This document shows, one piece after another, positions 37,720 to 47,768 of a stretch of DNA of 64,000 bases. The notes under the pieces were generated by a model, which worked only from the letters and a program-made list of their open reading frames with translations, was not told the origin of the DNA and made no database searches. Origin of the DNA: Candidatus Marinacidobacterales bacterium (lineage in GTDB: Bacteria > Acidobacteriota > Vicinamibacteria > Marinacidobacterales > DATDRI01); assembly GCA_965226495.1 (NCBI GenBank), contig OZ245365.1:5600001-5664000 (forward strand), given 5' to 3'. The translations under genes were made by a program, and so were the position numbers. The first letter of the stretch is position 1, and every line of letters starts with the position of its first letter.

Positions 37720-39273
37720 ATGGCGGCGGCGTTGGCACTGATGTTGAAATCCGGTGGAGGGCGGGGAGTCGCTGCGGAGCGGGGCCCCTTGGCACCGAGG
37801 AACACAATCCTACTCGGGCTCGTGGCGATGAGCTCGGCCTGCGGGTCGTTTCACACCGAGGACCCGGCCCCCGAGTTGACGCCCGGAGTCCAGCGCGAGG
37901 AGCAGCTCTCCTCGCTGCGCTACCTCTACTATCGGAACACTCCGGCACCACCGCCGCCAACCGAGACCGAGCTAGCCGGGATCGAGGGCGTTCTCGAGTC
38001 CGCTCCGGAGGTCGAGAGAGGCTACCTCGAGGAGTACTACAAAAACGCCCGCGATCTGCTGGTCTTTGCAACGCGCGACAGCGACGGCGATGGAGTACAC
38101 GACTACCGGGTGAGCGACTACTACGGCAAGTTCCTCGAGGGCGATATCGATGTCGACGGTGACGGGGTGCGCAACGTCTACGACTCGGGCCCCTACGATC
38201 CCGTCGTAGGTGGGGCCGATACGGACGCCGACGGCGTGCCCGACGAGCCTGGCAGCTTCCAGGATGCGAACGACAACGGCATTCCCGACCACCTCGACTG
38301 GCGGCTCCATGGCAAGGGGGCTGAAGCTGCCTCGCAGCAGGAAGCGCTGTTTCGCGATCACGAGATCATCCTGGTCGAGCGCTCGGCCGAGTTCACCGAG
38401 GATCTGGCGCGCTCGGTCTACGACGCCGTCACTCGGATCTTTCGGGGTCCGTTCACGACCCGGGCCGTGCTGCCAACGCTGCGGACCATCGCCACGGAGG
38501 AAACGTGTCTCCTGACGCCCGAGGTCGACGACAGGACCAACGCCATGGCGATCGTGCAGACGCAGTCGCTGGTGATCTATCGCATTGGCATCGACTACCC
38601 GTCGTTCGTCCAACTGGGCCTGGTGGCCCACGAGCTGGGCCACAACTACCAGCTGTCGCTCGACTTCGACCAGCACGATCTCGCCGCCGAGAACGAGCGC
38701 GTCTACTTTCCGGCGCCGAGGTTTCATGCCCTGGTCGAGCCGTTCGGCTGGGAGGCCCAGTCGATCGTGTTCGACCCCGCGACCGACGGCTACCAGTCGT
38801 TCACTCCGGCGTACTACGAGGTGACGCCCTTCTACACTTGGCTCAGCGACACCACCGAGGAATGGGCGGTCTGGCTAGAGCGCAAGTACCGCCGGGAAGG
38901 AGACGACTACCTCGAGGATCCGGAGGTGCTCGAGCACCATATCGTCGGTGACTACTCCTTGAGCAACCCGTGGGAGTGGTACAGCGACAACATGATCGCG
39001 TACACCTTTCTCGAGATCGAGCGGCGGCTTCGCGAGATGCTGGACGGCGACGAGCTGGATGCTGCCCTCCAGGCGATGGACGCCGCCAGCCGCGAGGCGT
39101 GGCCGGGCTTCCGCTACCAGAATCTCGATCGCGACGCGGTCGAGCAGCACTTCCGCAAGACCTTTCCGCTTCGCGAGCAGGACCTGGGTCACTTCGTGGA
39201 GGAGTACGTGAAGCCTCTCGCCATAGCCAACGAGTCCGGGTCCGCCCAGACGGTAGTCTCGCAACGAGAATGA
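37720..39273 (+). CDS. Lipoprotein with DxDxDG Ca-binding repeats and HExxH zinc-metallopeptidase domain (true start probably downstream, near 37789)
   Basis: LLGLVAMSSAC; DSDGDG, DVDGDG, DTDADG, DANDNG; AHELGH and downstream NPWEWYSD. Confidence 0.7.
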   Translation: MAAALALMLKSGGGRGVAAERGPLAPRNTILLGLVAMSSACGSFHTEDPAPELTPGVQREEQLSSLRYLYYRNTPAPPPPTETELAGIEGVLESAPEVERGYLEEYYKNARDLLVFATRDSDGDGVHDYRVSDYYGKFLEGDIDVDGDGVRNVYDSGPYDPVVGGADTDADGVPDEPGSFQDANDNGIPDHLDWRLHGKGAEAASQQEALFRDHEIILVERSAEFTEDLARSVYDAVTRIFRGPFTTRAVLPTLRTIATEETCLLTPEVDDRTNAMAIVQTQSLVIYRIGIDYPSFVQLGLVAHELGHNYQLSLDFDQHDLAAENERVYFPAPRFHALVEPFGWEAQSIVFDPATDGYQSFTPAYYEVTPFYTWLSDTTEEWAVWLERKYRREGDDYLEDPEVLEHHIVGDYSLSNPWEWYSDNMIAYTFLEIERRLREMLDGDELDAALQAMDAASREAWPGFRYQNLDRDAVEQHFRKTFPLREQDLGHFVEEYVKPLAIANESGSAQTVVSQRE

Positions 39274-39281
39274 TCAAATAT

Positions 39282-39298
39282 CGTCTCCCGCGGAGACG
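39282..39298. terminator. Hairpin between convergent genes
   Basis: cgtctcc-cgc-ggagacg. Confidence 0.4.
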
Positions 39299-39339
39299 GC
39301 TCATAGGTGCCACCCGACCGCAAGGCCACCGGTGAGGAG

Positions 39340-40527
39340 TCAGCCAGCTAATCGACGATAGACCTCAGAAAACTTCGGTAGTGCCCGTTCGATCATCTCA
39401 TCGCTTGCTGTCACCGAGGCACGCAAGTGCCCGGGCATTTGCACCACGTGGCCGGGCAAACAAAAGACACCTTCCTTTGCGAGTTCTTCCGCGAATTTCG
39501 CATCATCGTCGATGGGCGTCTTCGGCGTGACGTAGAACGCGCCTTCCGGCAGGTGAACTTGATAGCCACTGTTGCGCAATCCCGCGACGAAACGGTCGCG
39601 TCGCGCCTGCAGCTCGTCAATATCCAATGACAATTCTTCAAGGCGACCCAACGCATGCTGCATCAACGCGCTGCTCATGGCCCAACCGCATAGGATCTGA
39701 CTCGACGCCATCAAGTTTCGCAAAGCCTGCCGCTCTTCAATCTCGAGCGACAAGGCCAAGTAACCAAGACGTTGCCCAGGAGTAAGAAGTGTTTTGCCAT
39801 AGGTGTAGATCATGATCGAGTCGCGGTAGAACGTTGTCGGACTAACATACTGCCTGCCGTCGTACACGATAGTCCGATATGCCTCATCAGAAAGGAGGTA
39901 AATGGTCCGGCCAATGCGACGACTCTCGACTTCGAGTATCGCTGCAAGTTTCTCGAGCGTCTCCCGTGTATACACCTTACCGGTAGGGTTGTTCGGCGAA
40001 TTCACTATGATGAAGCGAGTCCGTTCGGTGATCGCGGCGGCGATTGCGTCCAGATCTAGATCGAAGGTATCAGCCTGCACGCGCACCCGGACGGGCTTGC
40101 CACCCCCGTTCAAGATCATGCCTTCGTAGAAAAACCATGGCGGACTGTTGTAAATCACTTCATCACCGGCGCCGATCAGTGCGTTCATCGTGACCATCAA
40201 CGCCCCAGTAGCGCCGTTGGTTAGAAATATGTCTTCCGGCGCGTACGACTGGCCGGTCAATCGCAACAGCGAATCGCGGACTAGCTCGCGCGAAGACGGC
40301 TCACTCATCTTGTAGGCATACCAAGCCGGGTTCTGTGGTGCAGTCGCCTCGCGCAGCGCCGTCACGAACCGTGGTAGCGGCATGGTTTGTGGGTTACCCA
40401 GCGCAAAGTCGCAGTCTGTCGGTTTCGGGTTGGACATCCAGGACTCGTACTTTGCCAAAAAATCAAAAATGGGCACCATGCAGTGGTGTGCGCGACGCAC
40501 ACGCTCTGGTGCAGACGTTGGAAGCAT
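39340..40527 (-). CDS. Aminotransferase class I/II (PLP)
   Basis: NSPNNPTG, LSDEAYR, TYGKTLLTPGQRLGY. Confidence 0.92.
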   Translation of the reverse strand: MLPTSAPERVRRAHHCMVPIFDFLAKYESWMSNPKPTDCDFALGNPQTMPLPRFVTALREATAPQNPAWYAYKMSEPSSRELVRDSLLRLTGQSYAPEDIFLTNGATGALMVTMNALIGAGDEVIYNSPPWFFYEGMILNGGGKPVRVRVQADTFDLDLDAIAAAITERTRFIIVNSPNNPTGKVYTRETLEKLAAILEVESRRIGRTIYLLSDEAYRTIVYDGRQYVSPTTFYRDSIMIYTYGKTLLTPGQRLGYLALSLEIEERQALRNLMASSQILCGWAMSSALMQHALGRLEELSLDIDELQARRDRFVAGLRNSGYQVHLPEGAFYVTPKTPIDDDAKFAEELAKEGVFCLPGHVVQMPGHLRASVTASDEMIERALPKFSEVYRRLAG

Positions 40528-40708
40528 GTCTCCTCCCCTCGTTAATGCAGATACGCACGGCGAAACGCTTGCCGTAGCCCCCGCGCTCGAGTCGAGCCCG
40601 TTCGTCTATGTTACCGGTTGATCCGCGACGTGTAATTGACCTTTATTGCCATTTTCTTATTAGATCGTCCCAATATTCGTCGTTTTCGAATAAACCGATG
40701 AGGCTCCA

Positions 40709-41658
40709 ATGGACTTCTTGAGTGATGTGTTGACTCGGCTTCGCTTGAGTAGTGACGTCTACTTCACGACAGATTTCGGCGGGGCCTGGGGCGTCCATCT
40801 CCCTCCCGACCAGCAAGCCATTCGATTTCACTTGGTGCTCCACGGCCAGTGTTGGGTCACGGTCGACGGCGGCCACGTACCGACGAGTGTACGGGAGGGC
40901 GAATTCGTCTTGATCCCGCACGGCGCGGGGCAGCAATTGTTGAGTGCCCCTCACGCGCCGTCGCTATCACTTGAGAAGATTCTTGGCCGCGATAACCCAA
41001 CGTCGGATGGCGTCCTGCGTCACCGAGCGATGGGCAGTGGTGCCGACTGCCGATTGGTCTGTGGCTTTTGCCACTTCGACCATCACGTCAGCCATCCGCT
41101 GTTCCATGGATTGCCATCCATGATCGTTCTGATTAACCAAACGATTGGCCAACTACCTTGGTTGGCGGACGCTATCCGTTTGGCGACGATCGAGGCGAAC
41201 CGAAATGGCCAAGGTGTGCGCGCCATCATTAGTCGATTGATCGAAATCCTGTTCATGCAGGCCATTCGAACGCAAACCCATTTGCCTGCCAGTCACGGCA
41301 ATCCGTTCATGCGTGCCATTGTCGACCCCAGCTGGCGCCGGCGCTCAAGGCGATCCACGAGGAGTTGGATCGCGATTGGACATTGACTTCGCTCGCCAAG
41401 ACGGCCCGTATGTCGCGCACCCAATTTGCGCGACGGTTCAAAGACACGCTGGACCAAACGCCCATTCAGTATCTTATTGACTGGCGATTCGCGACAGCTC
41501 GGCAATTGCTGCGGGACACCGATCTTCCCATAGCGGACATAGCGTTTCGTGCGGGGTATCGATCCGTACCGTCGTTCACGCACCGCTTCAAAAAACGTTT
41601 CGACGTCACCCCGGCCGCGTATCGTCGGGCTGGCCAGGTCGGGTCCCCCGCCGGTTGA
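40709..41658 (+). CDS. AraC-family regulator (Cupin_6 + HTH), split by a -1 frameshift in a C-run at 41326-41329
   Basis: MDFLSDVL, FHLVLHGQCW, LVCG. Adding one C restores DPQLAPALKAIHEELDRDWTLTSLA...MSRTQFARRFK...GYRSVPSFTHRFKK. Confidence 0.85.
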
Positions 41659-41664
41659 GCACCT

Positions 41665-41761
41665 ATCCGGTCCTTTTTTCGATTCCACATAGTTGCTATC
41701 ATTACGTTCTAAGATAGCTGCTATGTCCGAACGTGTTGCGGTCGTCGTTGCGGCCGGTGTG
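41665..41761 (+). repeat. Right copy of the direct repeat (rhomboid 5' stub, promoter, intact mutT start)
   Basis: The minus strand reads MIATMWNRKK, matching rhomboid MIATMWNPQK. Confidence 0.92.
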
Positions 41762-42124
41762 GTGTCGGTCGACGGAAAGATTCTGGTCGCTCGACGCAAA
41801 GCCGGTACCCACTTGGAACGCCGGTGGGAGTTCCCGGGCGGTAAGCTCGAGCCCGGAGAAGCTCCCCAGGAGTGTTTGATCCGCGAATTTCGCGAAGAGC
41901 TCGACGTCGGGATCGAAGTCGGACAAGTCCTAGAAGTGATCTTTCATCGCTATCCAGAACGCAATGTGCTTTTGCTGATGTACAGCTGCAAGCTCGTCGA
42001 GGGAGAGCCCCGTGCTATCGGCTGCGAAAAACTGCAGTGGCTAGAGAAGAAAGAGCTCGAGCGCCTGGACTGGGTTCCCGCCGATCGCGCCTTCGTGCGC
42101 CGTCTCGCCTCGGAGAGCGGATAG
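41723..42124 (+). CDS. mutT: Nudix hydrolase, MutT/NudG-like
   Basis: ILVARR...WEFPGGKLEPGEAPQECLIREFREELDV (Nudix box), PAD near the C-terminus. Confidence 0.8.
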   Translation: MSERVAVVVAAGVVSVDGKILVARRKAGTHLERRWEFPGGKLEPGEAPQECLIREFREELDVGIEVGQVLEVIFHRYPERNVLLLMYSCKLVEGEPRAIGCEKLQWLEKKELERLDWVPADRAFVRRLASESG

Positions 42125-42129
42125 CCTTC

Positions 42130-45100
42130 TCAGGTCGTCGGGACCATCACCGGCGGGACCGCTTCCTCTTCGACGAGGGCGTTGAAATCTGCGAGCTCCG
42201 TCGTGATGACTTTCTCGAGAGCGCTCAAATGCTTCGCCAGCTCCGCCTTCAGCTCCTCGTAGCGAGCATAAGAACCATCGGTCGGCTTGGCCTCGGAGCC
42301 GATCACAATGCCGTACAAGTAAAGTATTTGATTGTCTAACATCGGCGGGAAGTTGAGTGGATCCTGATTGCTTTCCAACTTAGTTTGATACAGTTTTTCC
42401 TCGATGGTGGTAAGCGCTTCGCTCACGCTTTGTGCCGTTTCTTGGAATTTGTCCCCGCGACCGGCCTTGCTCAATCGCTCCGCCAAGTCTTCGACTTGCT
42501 GGCGAATCTCCCGTATCCGCGTGACCGCCTCATGGGTTTCGACCACCAAGGCTCGGGTCTTCATCGCCAAGTCGAATTGCGCTTGGAAATCCTCTTGTGT
42601 CGCGGCGAGCCGGGGGGTCTTTCTTCACCTCGAAGGCTTTAGTGTCCGTCCACTCGCCGACCTTCATCCTTACTTTATAGTGTCCGGGTACGGCTCGCGG
42701 TCCCTGCTTCGTACCCCAAATGATGGCCCCTTCGGTCACTTCCGCGTCCGGATAGCGTAGGTCCCAGACAAACCGGTTCATTCCCGCATCGGTTGAAACC
42801 TTTTCGTCTCGGCCCTGATTGAAGAAAGTCTCCTGCTCCGCCTCTTTTTCCTCGGAGCTTCCGAATGAGTGTACGACCTCGTCGTTGGCGTCGAGGATCT
42901 CAAGTGTGACCTCGTCCTCCGATGAATTTGCGAGATAGTAGTAGATGACCGCCCCGTTGGGAGGGTTCTCACCGATCCCGGAGCGATCCCGGGTGCGCCC
43001 GGCGCGCCCCATTCGGTACGCATCCCGAAGAGAAAACAAAACTGTTTCGGCGTCCGCCATTTCATTCGTCAACTGCTGCAGCGTCGTGAGATCGTCGAGG
43101 ATCCAAAACGAGCGACCTTGGGTCGCAACGACCAAGTCCCCGTCCTTCACTTGCATGTCGGTGATAGGAGTGACGGGCAAGTCCCCGTCCTTCACTTGCA
43201 TGTCGGTGATAGGAGTGACGGGCAAGTTGAGCTGCAGGGACTGCCAAGTTTGGCCGTCATTGAAGGAAACGTACATGCCGAACTCGGTGCCGGCGTAAAG
43301 CAGACCTGGACGGCCCGGGTCCTCCCTCACGACGCGAACGAAGTGGTTCGACGGGATCCCGTTTCGCCCATTAGTGAGAAGCTCCCAGGTGGCGCCGAAA
43401 TCGTTGGTCCTGAAGATGTACGGACGAAAGTCGTCCATCTTGTATCGCGTTACTGCCACGAAGGCGCGCCCCGGGGAAAACGCGGAGAGCTCTAGCATGT
43501 TGACCTGACTCCACTCTGGCATCGCCTCGGGTGTGATGTCCGTCCAGTTCGTCCCACCATCTCGCGAAAGCTGCACCAGACCGTCGTCGGTACCAACCCA
43601 AAGGAGGCCCGCTTGATGGGAGGATTCCTCTAGAGCAAAAACGGTCCCGTAGACCTCGACGCCGGTGTTGTCCCACGTTAGGGGGCCTCCGGAGTAGTCT
43701 TGCTTCTCCTTGTCGTTGCGCGTCAAATCCGGACTGATAACCTCCCAACTCTGTCCCTCGTTGGTCGACTTATGAACCACGTTCGAAGCGTGAAAGAGCA
43801 CCTTGGGATCGTGCGATGAGATTCGGATCGGAGCATTCCACTGAAAGCGATACTTCATATCGCGCGGAGCCTGCCCCAACTGGAGCTGTGGATAGTCAAG
43901 GATGTTGCGTCGATAGCCGGTCCGGTGGTCGTAACGCGTGATCGTCCCACCATAGCTTCCCGCGTAGACGATGTTGGTATCCCCCGGGTCCACCGCGATG
44001 TGGCCGCTCTCACCTCCGCCAACCGGGTACCAGTTTTGGATGGTGATACCTCCGGAAGCGGTGCGGCTAGCAATCGAGACGGTCGAGTTGTCCTGCTGGG
44101 CACCGTAAACGCGGTAGGGAAACTGATCGTCGACAATGACTCGATAAAACTCGGCGGTGGGCTGATTGGTTTGTGTGGACCACGTCTTTCCGCCGTTGAA
44201 CGAAACGTTGGCTCCTCCATCGTTGCTGTTGATGAGAATCTTCGGATTCTTAGGATTGAGCCACAGATCGTGGTTGTCCCCATGGGGCACCGGTATCGAT
44301 TCGTACGTTTTGCCGCTGTCCACGGATTTGTAGAAAGCGGTGTTGAGTGCGTAGACGGTATTTTCGTCTACCGGATCCGCATAGACGTGCGTGTAGTACC
44401 AGGCTCGTTGTCGATGCTTGCGTTCCTTGTTAACGAGTCGAAACGTCTCCCCGCCATCGTCGGAGCGAAACATACCGCCATCCTCCGCTTCGATGAGAGT
44501 CCAAACGCGTTCCGGATTGGCCGGCGATACCGCCACTGCAATACGGCCAGTCATCTCTTGGGGCAGTCCCTTCGTCAGCTCAGTCCAGTTATCTCCACCG
44601 TCGGTGCTCTTGTAGAGACCGCCGTCCTCTCCTCCGCTGATGAGTGCCCATGGCTTTCGGACCACGCGCCAGATCGCAGCATAAAGAATCCTGGGATTCC
44701 GCGCATCCATCGCCAGATCGACGGCTCCTGCCTGCTCGCTCACGAAGAGAACCCTTTCCCAACTCATTCCGCCGTCCCGCGACCGAAAGACGCCGCGTTC
44801 TTCGTTGGGTCCAAAGATGTGGCCGAGCGCCGCGACGTAAACAAGGTCCGGGTCCTTGGGATGCACTCGAATACGACCGATCTGTCCCGCCTCGCGAAGA
44901 CCGATGTGGGTCCAGGTCTTGCCTGCATCGGTGGAGCGATAGACGCCATCACCCGGCGAGATGTTCCCTCGCGGGCATGCGGAGCCCGTGCCGACGTAAA
45001 CGACGTTGGGATCCGAGTCGGCAACTGCGATCGCCCCGATGGAAGCGCTCCCGAAGAAGGTGTCGGAGACATTGGTCCACGTCTCGCCGGCGTCGGTGGT

Positions 45101-45331
45101 CTTCCAGACACCCCCACCGGTCGAGCCCATATAGTACGTCTGGGGATCGGACGGGACACCGGCCACCGCCGTCACGCGCCCGCCCCGAAAGGGTCCGATG
45201 TTTCGATACTCGAGCGCACTGAAGAGCGCCGGGTCATAGGTCGGCGGCACGTCGGCTTCTAGTCCAGCCGCCCAGACGATCGTTGAGGAAAAAAGGGCTA
45301 ACGACACCCCAATCGAGATCCATCTCTTCAT
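42130..45331 (-). CDS. Secreted BNR/VPS10 (sortilin-like) glycosyl hydrolase, with +1 frameshift at G6 42612-42617 and a 45-bp tandem duplication
   Basis: YRNIGPFRGGR, repeated SxDGGxxW Asp boxes, HGDNHDLW, YRFQWNAP. Removing one base restores KKDPRLAATQEDFQAQFDLAMK. Confidence 0.88.
43136..43225. repeat. Exact 45-bp tandem duplication (LPVTPITDMQVKDGD x2)
   Basis: 43136-43180 is identical to 43181-43225. Confidence 0.95.
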
Positions 45332-45397
45332 GGCACGGCTCCCTCATAGAAAGAGGACAACAACTGGCCAGGTCGGGTGTATCAAAAAAACGGCCGC

Positions 45398-46531
45398 TTA
45401 GACAACGACGCGGGGTAGGAAAGGATGAATTCGAGCCAGGACCTCATAGGCGATCGTCCCCGATTTCTCAGCAAGTTCCTCGACCGGGATTTCCGCCTCG
45501 CCTTGTCTTCCGATCAGAACGACCTCGTCGCCGACCGAAGCCCCGGCAGCGGTGGCGTCCAAAACCACCATATTCATGGCGACTCTTCCCACCATGGGAG
45601 CCGCTTGCCCGCGGACCAGCGCGCGACCGGAGTTGGACAACTTTCGATCGAGCCCGTCGTAGTAGCCGACGGGGATCACTGCCACCCGCATCGGCCGTGG
45701 AGCTTCGTAGGTGAGGCCGTAGCCGATGTAGTCTCCCGCCGCCACGTCCTTTACCTGCGCGATGCGCGTCTTCCAGCTCAGAACCGGCAGGAGCGAAACT
45801 TTCTTATTTCTCTCGCGCGCCGCCAACTGTGTCTCTCGTGAAGGCCAAACACCATAAGCGCCTATGCCGACACGCACCATGCTGAAATGGGTCTCCGGAT
45901 AGAGGAGAACTCCCGCTGTCGCCGCGGCGTGAACGAGACGCGGCTCGACGCGGGCTCTTCTCGTTATCTCGAGGGCCTCACGGAACCGCTGGAGTTGAAG
46001 TTCTGCAAAGGAAGGATCGAGCGTGTCTTCGATGTTCGCAAAGTGCGTGTACATTCCTTCGACCCGGAGTCCCGGCAGCGTGCCTATCTCTCCCAAGAAA
46101 GCTTCCAGCTCCGAGACCGGAACTCCCAACCGGTGAGTACCGGTTTCCACCTTGATGTGGACCAGCGCGGTGCGATTCGCTTCGCGGGCCGCTTGAGAGA
46201 AGCTCTCGACTGAGTCGCGTCGAAAAACGACCTGGTGGAAACCGTGGCGGACCACTTCCCCAGCACGGCCCTCCGGCGTGTAACCGAGAATAGCGATCGG
46301 CTTTTCGATTCCCAGGCGAGCAAGTTCCAACGCTTCGTCCAGAGAGTTCACACCGAGCCAATCGGCCTCTCCGACGGCGAGCGGTGCGACCTCGGAAAGA
46401 CCATGACCGTAGGCATTCGCCTTGACTACGATCATAAGGGCGCAGTCGGGAGCCACCAGGCTTCTGAAGGTGCCGACGTTCGAGCTCAAACGTCGGCGAT
46501 CGATCTCGATCCAAGAAGTGCCTTGAGTCAA
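45398..46531 (-). CDS. alr: Alanine racemase
   Basis: VVKANAYGHG, HIKVETGTHRLG, YTHFA, IGYG, PVGYYDG, GRVAMN. Confidence 0.95.
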   Translation of the reverse strand: MTQGTSWIEIDRRRLSSNVGTFRSLVAPDCALMIVVKANAYGHGLSEVAPLAVGEADWLGVNSLDEALELARLGIEKPIAILGYTPEGRAGEVVRHGFHQVVFRRDSVESFSQAAREANRTALVHIKVETGTHRLGVPVSELEAFLGEIGTLPGLRVEGMYTHFANIEDTLDPSFAELQLQRFREALEITRRARVEPRLVHAAATAGVLLYPETHFSMVRVGIGAYGVWPSRETQLAARERNKKVSLLPVLSWKTRIAQVKDVAAGDYIGYGLTYEAPRPMRVAVIPVGYYDGLDRKLSNSGRALVRGQAAPMVGRVAMNMVVLDATAAGASVGDEVVLIGRQGEAEIPVEELAEKSGTIAYEVLARIHPFLPRVVV

Positions 46532-46538
46532 TCCGCCC

Positions 46539-47741
46539 TCACTCGGGAGCCTTTTCCATTACCATCTGCACCAGTGGTTTCATGGTGAGTGTTTGGATGA
46601 CCAGCGAGAAGAAAACCAGGAAGGCCGCGAGAACCAAGAACTCCCCGCGAAACGGAACGTCCGAGGGCATCCCCAAGACTAGGGCGATAGGAATCGACCC
46701 CTTGAGTCCACCCCACCACATCACGTGCGACCAAGGGAAAGGATATTTCTGTGGCGTCTTGCTGACCATGAACCAGACCGGGTAGACGGTGAGCGCCCGG
46801 GACGCGAGTGCGATAGCTATCACCAAGAGTCCGGGCACCAGGAATCTCGGAAGGTCCGGAATGTAGGCCTTCATTTCGAAGCCGATGAGCAGAAACAAGA
46901 GCGCATTGATCAAGAAATCGATCACCTCCCAGAAGTTTTCCACCGTGTCTCGAGTTTGTTTCGACATGGAGAAGGAGCGACCATAGTTGCCGATAATCAG
47001 TCCTGCGACGACCACAGCGATCACGCCAGACAGATGAAAAGTCTCCGCCACCAAAAAGCTTCCGAACACGAGTACCACGGTCAGCGTGACTTCAAGCAGA
47101 TGGTCATCGAGACGTTTCATTGTCTTGTACGCGACGTAGCCCGAGGCCAAACCCACCGCCGCTCCCCCGGCGACCACCTCGATGAATTCCAGCGCCGCTC
47201 CCATTGCGGTCACTTCCTCCCCACCGTAGAGCGCCCCGTAGATCACACCGAATAAAACGACGCTCGTTCCATCGTTGAAGAGGCTTTCGCCCTCGACGAG
47301 CGCTTTCAGTCGTTCAGGGGTTTTCACCTCGCGGAAGACGGCCAAGACGGAGATGGGATCGGTCGCCGCCACCATGGCTCCGAAAAGCATCCCTTTGAGC
47401 CAAGGCATCCCCATCGCATAGTGGAGCATAGCGCCCATCAGAAGCGTCGCCACGACGAGACCTGGGACGGCGAGCGTAACGACCGGCAACAGGTTACGTC
47501 GCAACTGATCCAGGTCCATATGCAGGGCCCCTTGGAACAGCAATGGCGGCAGGATGATCAGAAGGACGAGCTCCTTGCTCAGTTTTACTTCGAGGTGGAA
47601 GGGTAAGAAGCTGACCGCGATGCCCACCAGGACCAAAGCGGTCGTATAGGGTATGTGGATCCGCTTGACCGCGATCGCCACGACGCAAGCCAACAGGAGG
47701 ATCTCAACCAGATTCTCTAGGACGACCTCGGTCTCACCCAA
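46539..47741 (-). CDS. CPA1 Na+/H+ antiporter (NhaP-like)
   Basis: LPPLLF, ATDPISV, EGESLFNDG, GGLKGSIPIAL. Confidence 0.92.
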   Translation of the reverse strand: MGETEVVLENLVEILLLACVVAIAVKRIHIPYTTALVLVGIAVSFLPFHLEVKLSKELVLLIILPPLLFQGALHMDLDQLRRNLLPVVTLAVPGLVVATLLMGAMLHYAMGMPWLKGMLFGAMVAATDPISVLAVFREVKTPERLKALVEGESLFNDGTSVVLFGVIYGALYGGEEVTAMGAALEFIEVVAGGAAVGLASGYVAYKTMKRLDDHLLEVTLTVVLVFGSFLVAETFHLSGVIAVVVAGLIIGNYGRSFSMSKQTRDTVENFWEVIDFLINALLFLLIGFEMKAYIPDLPRFLVPGLLVIAIALASRALTVYPVWFMVSKTPQKYPFPWSHVMWWGGLKGSIPIALVLGMPSDVPFRGEFLVLAAFLVFFSLVIQTLTMKPLVQMVMEKAPE

Positions 47742-47768
47742 TGCGGGAACCTCCTCGTTTCACTGTCA

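Larger units (their letters stand above)
33784..41664. mobile_element. Integrase-free inserted islet between direct repeats
   Basis: Flanked by the 96/97-bp repeats and containing a third partial target copy. Cargo looks heterogeneous in composition; no recombinase or transposase ORF seen. Confidence 0.65.

Noticed and set aside
33784-41664. Prophage, IS or complete integron
   Set aside because: No integrase, transposase, phage gene or convincing attC fold was seen.
43925-45262. 445-aa plus-strand ORF, and many similar ORFs such as 53251-54249, 27495-28451 and 10435-11367
   Set aside because: These are antisense or alternate-frame shadows of well-supported genes in GC-rich DNA, with no motifs.
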